A stretch of 46,135 nucleotides of DNA from an uncultured Bacilli bacterium (GTDB lineage Bacteria > Bacillota_I > Bacilli_A > RF39 > UBA660), in assembly GCA_944363885.1 (NCBI GenBank), contig CALVVO010000003.1:1-46135 (forward strand). The letters run 5' to 3'. The position numbers were made by a program, and so were the translations under genes. The notes under the pieces were generated by a model, which saw only the letters and a program-made list of their open reading frames with translations, was not told the DNA's origin and made no database searches. Of the stretch, positions 1 to 8,630 are shown one piece after another; within the stretch, counting starts at the first letter, position 1; each line of letters opens with the position of its first letter.

Positions 1-103
1 TCGTCCTTGACTAAATCTTGTGACATACTAAATTGTATAATCTTATCTTAAATATCAATTTACTTTTGAAATTGAATACTTAATTAAAAATAGCTACCTT
101 CAC

Positions 104-132
104 TAGACTTTTAAAGATAATTATAGTATAAT
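104..132 (+). promoter_or_regulatory. candidate sigma-A-type promoter upstream of rnj
   Basis: TATAAT at 127..132, 17-nt spacer, imperfect -35 TAGACT at 104..109; about 60 nt before the rnj ATG. Confidence 0.4.
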
Positions 133-190
133 TATAATTACTTTATTTTTCGTTTTGAAAATTAGTTATTCGAGAAAAGGAGAATTTTAA

Positions 191-1861
191 ATGAATAAAA
201 ATGTTGAAACGCTTTTTTTTGCGTTAGGTGGACTTGGAGAAGTCGGAAAAAATATGTACGTTATTGAGCATGATGACGAAATCATTGTGGTAGATGCTGG
301 TGTAATGTTTCCAAAAGACGAGTTACTAGGTATTGATTATGTATTGGCTGATTACACATATTTAATAAATAACAAAAATAAAATAAAGGCTTTGTTTATC
401 ACTCATGGTCATGAAGATCATATTGGTGGAATTCCGTTTTTATTAAATGACGTTGATATTCCAGTCATTTATGCCTCAAATGTAGCAGCAGCTTTAATAA
501 AGCATAAGTTGGAAGACCGAAATATTAAATATAATAATATTAAATTAATAAATGAGAATGTTGTAGCTAAATTCAAACATTTTAAGGTTGATTTTTTTAG
601 AACGACACACTCTATTCCGGATTCTTACGGTTTAGCGATTCATACACCAAATGGGATAATTGTTACTACCGGTGATTTTAAATTTGATTTAACTCCCATT
701 GGGCCAATGGCAAATTTGCAAAAAATGGCAGCGTTAGGAGAAAAGGGAGTCAGATTGTTACTAAGCGACAGTACTAATGCTTTAGTTCCTGGATTTTCTT
801 TAAGTGAATCAGCTGTTGATGAAGCTTTAGGCGACTTATTTGCTAGAAGTACTGGTAGAATTATTTTAGCAACTTTTGCAAGTAATATTTACAGGGTTGC
901 TCATATTATTCAAACTTGTAAGGATAACAATCGTAAAATTGCTGTTTTTGGTAGAAGTATGGTAAATAGCATAGAAATTGCTAAATCATGTGGCTTTATA
1001 ACTGATAACAATATTTTTGTTACTAGTGATGAGGCTAATAGAATGAAGCCTAATGAAGTTTGCATTTTGTGTACCGGTAGCCAGGGTGAGCCTTTAGCTG
1101 CATTATCAAGAATTGCTAATGGAGTTGATAATAATGTAAAATTATTGCCGGATGACACAATTATTTTTTCTTCAAGTCCAATACCTGGTAATGCGTTAAG
1201 TATTAATAGAGTTATAAATAAGCTTTATTTAAAAGGTGCAAAAGTTTATACCAATTCTAGTGAAGCTGATATACATACTAGCGGCCATGGTAAGCAAGAT
1301 GAATTGAAATTAATTATAAGATTGATTAAACCTGAATATTTCATTCCTATTCATGGAGAATACAGAATGTTAAAAAAACATGCGGAAATTGGTAATTTGT
1401 GTTCTATTGATAAGAAAAATACTTTTGTGTTAAAAAATGGAGACAGAATTGCATTAAGTAAGGATAAAGTATATTTAAAAGATTCAATTCCTATTAATGA
1501 TATTTATGTAGACGGTAAAAGAATTGGTAGTATCGGAGCTTCTATAATAAAGGATAGAAAAATCATGTCAACTGATGGAGTTCTTATTATCATTTTAAAT
1601 ATAGATAGTGAATTAAAGCAATTATCACTTGATCCTAATGTCACTACTAGAGGTTTTGTTGTAGTAAATGAAAATCAAAATTTAATTAGCGATATTCAAA
1701 AAAAAGTTAAACAAATAGCAATTAACGAGTTAAATAAAGATTGTTTTAACTATGTTGATTTGAAAAATAGAATAATTCTTGAAATAAATTCTTTTATAAT
1801 TGAGCTAACAGGAAGACGTCCAATAATTATGCCAATGATTTTGGAAACTAAGAAAAATTAA
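191..1861 (+). CDS. rnj: ribonuclease J (metallo-beta-lactamase/beta-CASP RNase)
   Basis: 556-aa ORF, GGAG RBS before the ATG, HGHEDHIGG zinc motif, N-terminus LGGLGEVGKNMY typical of RNase J. Confidence 0.93.
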   Translation: MNKNVETLFFALGGLGEVGKNMYVIEHDDEIIVVDAGVMFPKDELLGIDYVLADYTYLINNKNKIKALFITHGHEDHIGGIPFLLNDVDIPVIYASNVAAALIKHKLEDRNIKYNNIKLINENVVAKFKHFKVDFFRTTHSIPDSYGLAIHTPNGIIVTTGDFKFDLTPIGPMANLQKMAALGEKGVRLLLSDSTNALVPGFSLSESAVDEALGDLFARSTGRIILATFASNIYRVAHIIQTCKDNNRKIAVFGRSMVNSIEIAKSCGFITDNNIFVTSDEANRMKPNEVCILCTGSQGEPLAALSRIANGVDNNVKLLPDDTIIFSSSPIPGNALSINRVINKLYLKGAKVYTNSSEADIHTSGHGKQDELKLIIRLIKPEYFIPIHGEYRMLKKHAEIGNLCSIDKKNTFVLKNGDRIALSKDKVYLKDSIPINDIYVDGKRIGSIGASIIKDRKIMSTDGVLIIILNIDSELKQLSLDPNVTTRGFVVVNENQNLISDIQKKVKQIAINELNKDCFNYVDLKNRIILEINSFIIELTGRRPIIMPMILETKKN

Positions 1862-1932
1862 TGAATAACGTGATTTATATTGATTATCTTATAAAAATAA
1901 ATAATTTTCTAATTATTTTTGATTATTTTGAA

Positions 1933-1960
1933 AAAAAGCACTTTTTTTAAAGTGCTTTTT
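1933..1960. terminator. bidirectional intrinsic terminator between convergent rnj and rny
   Basis: perfect hairpin AAAAAGCACTTT / AAAGTGCTTTTT with 4-nt loop; A/T runs on both sides. Confidence 0.6.
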
Positions 1961-2039
1961 AGTAGATTCTATTTTAAACTTTTTACATTAATTAAATAAA
2001 TATATTAATAAATAATTTACTTTGTATCTTAATTATTAT

Positions 2040-3593
2040 TTATTTGGCTATTTCTTCAGCTCTCATTTCTCTAATCACTACAACTTTAATTGTTCCAGGA
2101 TACTGCAATTTTTCTTCAATTTTTTCTTTTATATCTCGCGCCATTTTATAACTTGTTAAGTCATCTATTTCATCTGGTTTAACAATTACACGTAATTCTC
2201 TACCCGCCTGCATAGCATATGTTTTTTCAACTCCAGGGAATTCATTTCCAATCTCTTCTAGCTCTTCAAGTCTTTTTATATAGTTTTCTAAACTATCGTT
2301 TCTTGCCCCTGGTCTTGCTGCTGACAGTGCATCAGCAATTTGAACTAATTCTGCTATTATGCTTAATTTTGGCTTGTCATCATGATGTGATTCAATCGCA
2401 TTAACAACAATGTTATCTTCACCGTATTTCTTTGCCATTTCAGCGCCTAATTCAACATGGCTTCCTTCTACCTCAAAGTCAATCGCTTTACCTAAATCAT
2501 GTAAAAGTCCTGCTCGTTTGGCTAAAGCTACATTTTCGCCTAATTCGCTTGCTAATATACCAGCTAAATATCCTACTTCTATTGAGTGTTTTAATGCATT
2601 TTGACCGTAACTCGTCCTAAAATGTAATTTACCTAATAATTCGACTATTTCAGGAGCTATTTTAGTTAAGTTTAATTCAAATAATGCCTCTTCGCCTTTT
2701 TCTTTTATAATTGTTTTATAGTCTTCACACACTTTATCATATAATTCTTCAATTCTTGCTGGATGAATTCTTCCATCTTTTATTAATGCTTCTAATGTGG
2801 CTTTTGCAATTTCTCTACGGAGAGGATCAAAACTTGATAAAACTATTACTTCAGGTGTATCGTCAATAATTAAGTCTACTCCTGTTATTGCTTCAATTGT
2901 TCGTATATTTCTACCTTCTCTACCAATTATTCTACCTTTCATTTCATCTGTCGGCAATTCTATTGTTGAAACTGTTTGCTCATTTGTTACATCGTTTGCA
3001 TATCTTTGCATGCTACTTATTAAAAACTCTTTTGCCTTTCTGTCTGCTTCTAGTTTGGCTTCATTTTCTTTTTCTTTTATAAAAACTGTAACTTCCTTTG
3101 ACATGTCTTCTTCAACACGTTTCATAATTAGTTCTTTTGCTTTTTCTTTGCTATAACCAGATATTTTTTCGAGCAATTCTACCTGTTCTTTTAATAATGA
3201 CTCCATTTTTGCATCTTTTTCTTGAATTTCTTTTTGTCTTACTAATAAATCTTTATCTTTTTGATCTAAAGTTTTTTCACGTTCTTGTATCATTTCGTCT
3301 CTTCTATTAAGACTCTTTTCCCTACTTTGAATTAGTTCGTTTAATTCTGTAATTTCTTTTTTCTTTTCTTTAATTTCATTTTCTGCTTCTTGTTTAAGTT
3401 TGTAAGTTTCTTCTTTTATATCAAGAACATTATCTCTTTTTATTTTCTCTGCTTCTTTTTTTGCATTTTCAATTAATTTATCAGCGTCTTTTTGTGATTT
3501 AACAAGTTTTAGCTTATTTATAATTAACATTATAATTATACCAAAAGATAATCCAACTAATATTAGCAAAATGGAGTATAAAATATTTTCCAT
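2040..3593 (-). CDS. rny: ribonuclease Y
   Basis: N-terminal TM helix, long coiled coil, KH motif GRIIGREGRNIR, HD motif LLHDLGK. Start moved to the second ATG (3593) because GGAGG lies 5 nt upstream of it. Confidence 0.93.
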   Translation of the reverse strand: MENILYSILLILVGLSFGIIIMLIINKLKLVKSQKDADKLIENAKKEAEKIKRDNVLDIKEETYKLKQEAENEIKEKKKEITELNELIQSREKSLNRRDEMIQEREKTLDQKDKDLLVRQKEIQEKDAKMESLLKEQVELLEKISGYSKEKAKELIMKRVEEDMSKEVTVFIKEKENEAKLEADRKAKEFLISSMQRYANDVTNEQTVSTIELPTDEMKGRIIGREGRNIRTIEAITGVDLIIDDTPEVIVLSSFDPLRREIAKATLEALIKDGRIHPARIEELYDKVCEDYKTIIKEKGEEALFELNLTKIAPEIVELLGKLHFRTSYGQNALKHSIEVGYLAGILASELGENVALAKRAGLLHDLGKAIDFEVEGSHVELGAEMAKKYGEDNIVVNAIESHHDDKPKLSIIAELVQIADALSAARPGARNDSLENYIKRLEELEEIGNEFPGVEKTYAMQAGRELRVIVKPDEIDDLTSYKMARDIKEKIEEKLQYPGTIKVVVIREMRAEEIAK

Positions 3594-3609
3594 TTTTTCC
3601 TCCATTACT

Positions 3610-3643
3610 ATTAAAAATTAGAAGATTTTATCAATTCTTCTAA
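3610..3643 (-). terminator. hairpin plus U-run downstream of recA
   Basis: minus-strand RNA TTAGAAGA-10 nt loop-TCTTCTAA followed by TTTTTAAT; AT-rich 8-bp stem. Confidence 0.45.
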
Positions 3644-3647
3644 ATCT

Positions 3648-3676
3648 ATTGTAATGTTTAATTTAAACTTTGTCAA
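3648..3676 (-). promoter_or_regulatory. sigma-A-type promoter for rny
   Basis: TTGACA (3676..3671), 17-nt spacer, TACAAT (3653..3648), beginning 6 nt after the recA stop codon. Confidence 0.6.
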
Positions 3677-3682
3677 TTTTTT

Positions 3683-4705
3683 TCATTCAGTTTTAGTAGT
3701 AGTATCTTTGTTTATTTCATAATGTTCTCTAATTTTTTGTTCTAATTCTTGTTTTAGTTTTGGATTGTCTTTTAAAAATGCTTTAACATTTTCTTTTCCT
3801 TGACCTATTTTTTCACCATTATAGGAATACCATGCTCCACTTTTTTCTATTATGTTTATGTCACTCGCTATATCAACTATTTCTCCCTCACGGCTTACAC
3901 CTTCACCATACATTATTTCTACTTCTGCCGTTTTAAATGGTGGGGCTACCTTGTTTTTTACAACTTTAATTACTGTTCTATTTCCTAATATATCAGTTCC
4001 AACTTTAATTTGTTCTGCTCTTCTTACATCCAATCTTATTGAACTATAGAATTTTAGCGCTCTGCCACCAGGTGTTGTTTCTGGATTTCCAAACATTACA
4101 CCAACTTTTTCTCTTAGTTGATTGATAAATATACATATGGTATTTGTTTTGTTGATTGCACCCGATAATTTTCTTAAAGCTTGAGACATTAATCTGGCTT
4201 GCAATCCAACATGTGAATCTCCCATTTCTCCTTCAATTTCTGCCTGTGGTACTAATGCAGCAACTGAGTCTATAACTATTATTGATATTGCTTCACTTTT
4301 TACTAGTGCTTCACATATTTCTAAAGCTTGTTCTCCTGTATCTGGTTGACTCAATAATAAGTCGTTAATATTCACTCCTAATTTTTTGGCGTACACTGGA
4401 TCTAATGCATGTTCTGCATCAATAAATGCAGCTTTTCCACCATTTTTTTGTACTTCTGCTATTGCGTGTAAAGCAAATGTTGTTTTACCACTTGATTCCG
4501 GTCCATATATTTCTACTATTCTTCCTTTTGGATATCCTCCTACGCCTAGGGCTAAGTCCAACTTTAAGCTTCCTGATGATACAACATCAATGTTTTTTAA
4601 TCCCCCTTCTCCTAATTTCATTATTGCACCTTTTCCAAATTGTTTTTCTATATCCAACAATACTTGTGCTAAGGCTTTATCTTTATCGTTTGTATTTTTG
4701 TTCAC
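3683..4705 (-). CDS. recA: recombinase RecA
   Basis: 340 aa, Walker [10 protein letters not shown], full-length RecA-like sequence, GTG start with AGGAGG RBS. Confidence 0.97.
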   Translation of the reverse strand: MNKNTNDKDKALAQVLLDIEKQFGKGAIMKLGEGGLKNIDVVSSGSLKLDLALGVGGYPKGRIVEIYGPESSGKTTFALHAIAEVQKNGGKAAFIDAEHALDPVYAKKLGVNINDLLLSQPDTGEQALEICEALVKSEAISIIVIDSVAALVPQAEIEGEMGDSHVGLQARLMSQALRKLSGAINKTNTICIFINQLREKVGVMFGNPETTPGGRALKFYSSIRLDVRRAEQIKVGTDILGNRTVIKVVKNKVAPPFKTAEVEIMYGEGVSREGEIVDIASDINIIEKSGAWYSYNGEKIGQGKENVKAFLKDNPKLKQELEQKIREHYEINKDTTTKTE

Positions 4706-4730
4706 AAGTTATCCTCCTTCATACATTATA

Positions 4731-4759
4731 ATTGTATCGATTTATTTTCATCTTGTCAA
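4731..4759 (-). promoter_or_regulatory. sigma-A-type promoter for recA
   Basis: TTGACA (4759..4754), 17-nt spacer, TACAAT (4736..4731). Confidence 0.65.
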
Positions 4760-4821
4760 CACTTTTTGCAAACATTTGTTTTATATTTTCTTTTTTTTGT
4801 AAATTTTATGTTTTGAAAATT

Positions 4822-4850
4822 AAAAAACCTTATATAAAAGGTTTATTTTT
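4822..4850 (-). terminator. intrinsic terminator after pgsA
   Basis: minus-strand AAACCTT-loop-AAGGTTT followed by TTTAATTTT, 9 nt after the pgsA stop. Confidence 0.55.
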
Positions 4851-4858
4851 CGAGTAAT

Positions 4859-5452
4859 TTATTTTCCAAAAAGAAATTTTTTATTTTTTACATAATATTC
4901 AATTCCACTTACTACTGATAATACTGTAGCAGTTAATATTAGTAAATCTGCTATTCTTAAATTCCATAATTCAAATGGCAAATTATAAAATAACATTAGT
5001 GAAACGCCTATCATCATAAATATTGTTTTAATTTTACCTGTAACACTTGCACCTACCGCACCAGATTTATTTCCAACAACCATTTTTATTGAATCTACAA
5101 TTGTATCTCTTGATATTATTATGACTGGTACTATTACACTTATAAATCCTGTTGCACTTAAGATTATTAATACTCCATTTACTAAAACTTTATCAGCTAT
5201 GGCGTCCATGACTTTTCCAAAATCTGTTACTAAATTATATTTTCTAGCTATATGCCCATCTATAAAGTCTGTACACGATGCAATAATGAATAAAACCCCA
5301 GATATGATATATTTGACATCTACAAGGACTTTCCCTCCAACTAGTACTTTTGGGAATTCTAATCCAAAGTCATTTAATGGTACGATTAGAATTATTAATA
5401 TTATCAATGATAGTATTAATCTAGTTATTGTTATTTTATTTGGCAAATTCAT
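4859..5452 (-). CDS. pgsA: CDP-diacylglycerol--glycerol-3-phosphate 3-phosphatidyltransferase
   Basis: CDP-alcohol phosphotransferase motif DGHIARKYNLVTDFGKVMDAIADK, multiple TM helices, ATGA overlap with the upstream ORF. Confidence 0.9.
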   Translation of the reverse strand: MNLPNKITITRLILSLIILIILIVPLNDFGLEFPKVLVGGKVLVDVKYIISGVLFIIASCTDFIDGHIARKYNLVTDFGKVMDAIADKVLVNGVLIILSATGFISVIVPVIIISRDTIVDSIKMVVGNKSGAVGASVTGKIKTIFMMIGVSLMLFYNLPFELWNLRIADLLILTATVLSVVSGIEYYVKNKKFLFGK

Positions 5453-5946
5453 TGTAATTCTCCTTTCACTATTTTGTAATCATGACTAATTAATTCTTTT
5501 TTTGTATTCAATACTGAATTCATTATTAATAGTGTTATTGTAACTAATATTACTGTAATTATAAGATATAAATATAACGGTTTTAATTTTGCTTTAATTA
5601 CTTTTTTAGCAGTATAAGGAGAACTTATTTTTTTCCTTGTTTCTATTTCTTCTTGTCTATTTATTTCTTTAACTTTTGCTTCTATTTCTTCTACAGGTAT
5701 TTTTGATGTATAGTCAAATACAAAGTCATTAAAATATTCTAAAGCTTCATCTTCATCTAAATTTAGATATACTGTATATCTCTTTATTAAATCTTTTAGA
5801 AAAAAAATATCTTTAAATGCATTTATGTTTCCTTCTTCTAAATTTTCAAGTTGTGGTATTGTTATATCTAAATCCTTTGATACTTCATCTAATTTAAGAC
5901 CAATTTCTTCTCTTTTTTCCTTGAATTTTATTCCTAATTCTTTCAA
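5449..5946 (-). CDS. short RodZ/YmfM-like XRE-family HTH protein with one C-terminal TM helix
   Basis: N-terminal HTH (IGLKLDEVSKDLDITIPQLENLEEGN), TM helix LYLYLIITVILVTITLLIM, position directly upstream of pgsA as for ymfM in Bacillus; TTG start with AAAGGAG RBS. Confidence 0.65.
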   Translation of the reverse strand: MKELGIKFKEKREEIGLKLDEVSKDLDITIPQLENLEEGNINAFKDIFFLKDLIKRYTVYLNLDEDEALEYFNDFVFDYTSKIPVEEIEAKVKEINRQEEIETRKKISSPYTAKKVIKAKLKPLYLYLIITVILVTITLLIMNSVLNTKKELISHDYKIVKGELQ

Positions 5947-5965
5947 AGTATATTATCTCCTTTAT

Positions 5966-6316
5966 AATAAAATATCTTAATAAGCCATATTCTGTACCAT
6001 ATAGGTGGCAAACATTTATCTAGTATTTCTACTTCTTTACTCCGTTTGCTTCCTTCGTAAAAATTCCCCTACCATATTTTGGGTTTCTCGCTCGTGGGGT
6101 TTATCACGTTCCACTCTATTTATTCCTAAATAGCTCGTCTCTATGACACTTTTATACTTACTTTAATCAGTTCTTGATTATTTCAGAGCCGTTAGCTTTA
6201 AGCTACCTAAAGTTATTTTTTCCTTTAGCACGAACACTACAGCCATTTCAGGTCTGTGCGAGTATGGACTTTCCTCTACATAAATTATATGCAGCGTTTG
6301 CCTAAGTTATTTTATT
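5966..6316 (-). ncRNA. rnpB: RNase P RNA, type B (Firmicutes type)
   Basis: minus-strand GUAGAGGAAAGUCCAUACUCGCACAG, GUAGUGUUCGUGC, AGAGUGGAACGUGAUAAACCCCACGAGCGAGAAACCCAAAAUAUGGUAGGGGAA and ACAGAAUAUGGCUUA align with my recollection of B. subtilis rnpB. P1 pairs AAUAAAAUAACUUA with UAAGAUAUUUUAUU; ends are approximate (+/-5 nt). Confidence 0.93.
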
Positions 6317-6626
6317 CACCGTAAACTATCTTTTCTAGTTCACTTAATCTTTTTAATATATCAACATTTGTAACACCTTTAGCATTACTTGCCATTTCGA
6401 TTTGTGAACGTAGTTCTCTAACCTCTTTTTTTAGTCTTTCATTTTCAGTCACAATAGTTCTTAATTCTGCGTCTAATCTTTTTATAATTTTGTTATATTC
6501 CGTGTAATCATTTATTATTATGTCTAAAAATTTGTCTACTTCTTGAGGTCTATATCCTCTTGTATCAATTTTAAACTCTTTTTCAAGGATATCTTTTGTC
6601 GTTAAATATATTTTTTCTTCTAACAT
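6312..6626 (-). CDS. gpsB: cell-cycle protein GpsB (DivIVA-domain)
   Basis: 104 aa, DivIVA-domain N-terminus LTTKDILEKEFKIDTRGYRPQEVDKFLD, coiled coil, conserved gpsB-rnpB adjacency. Confidence 0.85.
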   Translation of the reverse strand: MLEEKIYLTTKDILEKEFKIDTRGYRPQEVDKFLDIIINDYTEYNKIIKRLDAELRTIVTENERLKKEVRELRSQIEMASNAKGVTNVDILKRLSELEKIVYGE

Positions 6627-6651
6627 ACTTAATGCCCCTTTTCACACTCTA

Positions 6652-6680
6652 ATTTTACAAAATATTACATAGTTTGTCAA
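6652..6680 (-). promoter_or_regulatory. sigma-A-type promoter for gpsB (and possibly rnpB)
   Basis: TTGACA (6680..6675), 17-nt spacer, TAAAAT (6657..6652). Confidence 0.65.
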
Positions 6681-6720
6681 ATTAAAAAGCAGCACTATTT
6701 TGTATGCATTTTGCTGCTTT
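6681..6720 (-). terminator. intrinsic terminator ending the priA-fmt operon
   Basis: minus-strand AAAGCAGCA-17 nt loop-TGCTGCTTT followed by TTAATTT. Confidence 0.55.
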
Positions 6721-6860
6721 CTAATTTTATTATTGCTTCTTTTATGTCATTTTGTATTTCATTAAAAATTATATTAATTTTGTTTATTTTAGATCACCAA
6801 TGTTAATATAACTTATAATTTTATTTTTTTCATTATTTTTGACAAAACTAGTGTTTCTTT

Positions 6861-7652
6861 TTATTCTGCCATTTTTATAAGTTCTTCTATACCATCTAAT
6901 TCTATTTCTTCAATGTTACTATATTCTATTTTGTAAATGACTTGTTTGTAACTTTCTTCATATATTAGGTTAAATAATTCTGTTAAATCTAATTCAATTG
7001 ATTCTATGTTTTCATTATAATTTATATTTAAATCAACTTCTTTATTTTCTTTTAATGGTATTTCTGTATCATTTACTTTATTATAAATCACTATCAAATC
7101 ACTTAGTGAAATTTTATACCTTTTTATTTTATAATTTTCTTCTGTTAAATCAATACTATCTTTACTAGAATTAATTAATTCTATAATGTTTTCTATATTT
7201 ATAAAAGTTGTATCATTATCTAAATAAAGATTAAATGTCGTATCTTTTTTCACAGATTCTTCTTCAGAGATTATATAATACTCATTTTCATAAAATACAT
7301 AATTTATTTCATTATCTCCGATAGTCTGCGTACCTGCTTCGTTGTTTTCCTTTACTTCTCTTTCAATTATCACTTGCTCTAGATCTTTTGATATTGTTAT
7401 TTTTTGTTTATAATTATCTTTTATGTTACTTAATTCATTCAATATTGAATTTTCTTCAATGTTATTTTTATTATTTTGAGTCTGGCTGTTATTACTGGTA
7501 TTTGGGGTTAAGTTCACATATATTATCATTATTATAATAAAAAGTACACAGCCGACTAGTTTTATTACATTCATTTTATTTTCATAATCTTTTTTTTCTA
7601 ATTTATTTAAGACTTCATTTTTTTTTAAATAATTTTTTAATTTATTAATCAT
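6861..7652 (-). CDS. hypothetical membrane-anchored protein (N-terminal TM, acidic Asn/Glu-rich ectodomain)
   Basis: 263-aa ORF starting 1 nt after the fmt stop; single TM helix VGCVLFIIIMIIYV; no motif recognised. Confidence 0.55.
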   Translation of the reverse strand: MINKLKNYLKKNEVLNKLEKKDYENKMNVIKLVGCVLFIIIMIIYVNLTPNTSNNSQTQNNKNNIEENSILNELSNIKDNYKQKITISKDLEQVIIEREVKENNEAGTQTIGDNEINYVFYENEYYIISEEESVKKDTTFNLYLDNDTTFINIENIIELINSSKDSIDLTEENYKIKRYKISLSDLIVIYNKVNDTEIPLKENKEVDLNINYNENIESIELDLTELFNLIYEESYKQVIYKIEYSNIEEIELDGIEELIKMAE

Positions 7653-7653
7653 C

Positions 7654-8586
7654 TTATTTGAACTCCTTTTTTATTAGTGTTTCTTTCCTTATTCCATTTA
7701 AATAATCTTTTACTTCCATTATTTTTTTCCCAAAAGGCTTTATTTTTGTGATTTCTATGCTTTTGTCTTTGCATTTTACTATTATACTGTTTTTTGTAAT
7801 TTCGGTGATTTCTCCTGTTTTTCCTATTGCTCTTTCGTTTATGTTTGCTTCTATTATTTTTATTTCTTTTTCATTTAATATTGCATATGCTAATGGGAAT
7901 GGATTTAACCCTCTTATTTGGTTATATACTTCCTCTGCAGTTTTGTTAAAATCTATTTTTTCGTCTTCTCTTGTTATGTTGTATCCAAATGTTACTTCTT
8001 CTTCGTTTTGTTTAATTCTTTCATTTTTTTGTTCAAATATTAATGGTAATGTTTCTTTTAGTAATTCTGTCCCAATTTTGGATAATTTGTCGTGAAGTGT
8101 TCCGACATTTTCTTTTTCATTAATAGTAATTTCTTTTTGTGATATTATGTCTCCTGCATCCATTTTAGAACTCATGTACATTATTGTTATGCCTGTTTTT
8201 TTGTATCCGTCTATAATTGCATGGTGAATGGGTGCACCACCTCTTAGTTTTGGTAATAGTGAGGCGTGTACATTTATTGCACCATATTTTGGGGTTTCAA
8301 TTAATTCATTTGGTATTATTTGACCATACGCGCAAGTAATTATGATGTCTGGATTTTTTTCTAAGATGTATTTGTAATCTTCTTTTATTTTTATTGGTTG
8401 AAATGTTTCAATGTTATTTTTAATTGCTAGTTCTTTTATAGGGGGGAATTTTTTTTCTTTTTTTCTTCCTACTTCTTTGTCTGGTTGTGTTACAACTAAT
8501 ACTACTTCTGAATTTTCTATTAGCATTTGTAAAATTGGTACTGCAAATTCAGGAGTTCCCATAAATATTACTTTTTTATTTTTCAT
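7654..8586 (-). CDS. fmt: methionyl-tRNA formyltransferase
   Basis: 310 aa, N-terminus KVIFMGTPEFAVP, motif HASLLPKLRGGAPIH. Confidence 0.93.
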   Translation of the reverse strand: MKNKKVIFMGTPEFAVPILQMLIENSEVVLVVTQPDKEVGRKKEKKFPPIKELAIKNNIETFQPIKIKEDYKYILEKNPDIIITCAYGQIIPNELIETPKYGAINVHASLLPKLRGGAPIHHAIIDGYKKTGITIMYMSSKMDAGDIISQKEITINEKENVGTLHDKLSKIGTELLKETLPLIFEQKNERIKQNEEEVTFGYNITREDEKIDFNKTAEEVYNQIRGLNPFPLAYAILNEKEIKIIEANINERAIGKTGEITEITKNSIIVKCKDKSIEITKIKPFGKKIMEVKDYLNGIRKETLIKKEFK

Positions 8587-8630
8587 TTGATCACCATTTT
8601 TATTATAACATTTTATATTGTAAGTGTTAA

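Noticed and set aside
1-26. Possible 5' end of a divergent minus-strand gene (ATG at 26, MSQDLVKD...)
   Set aside because: Only 8 codons are visible and there is no Shine-Dalgarno sequence, so it cannot be supported.
2219-4802. Multiple 60-138-aa plus-strand ORFs antisense to rny and recA
   Set aside because: Same shadow-ORF pattern, with no RBS and no recognisable motifs. This also applies to the antisense ORFs within fmt, the ABC genes, SDR (31060..31560), the flippase (35367..36173), leuS, GH31 and int (45399..45821).
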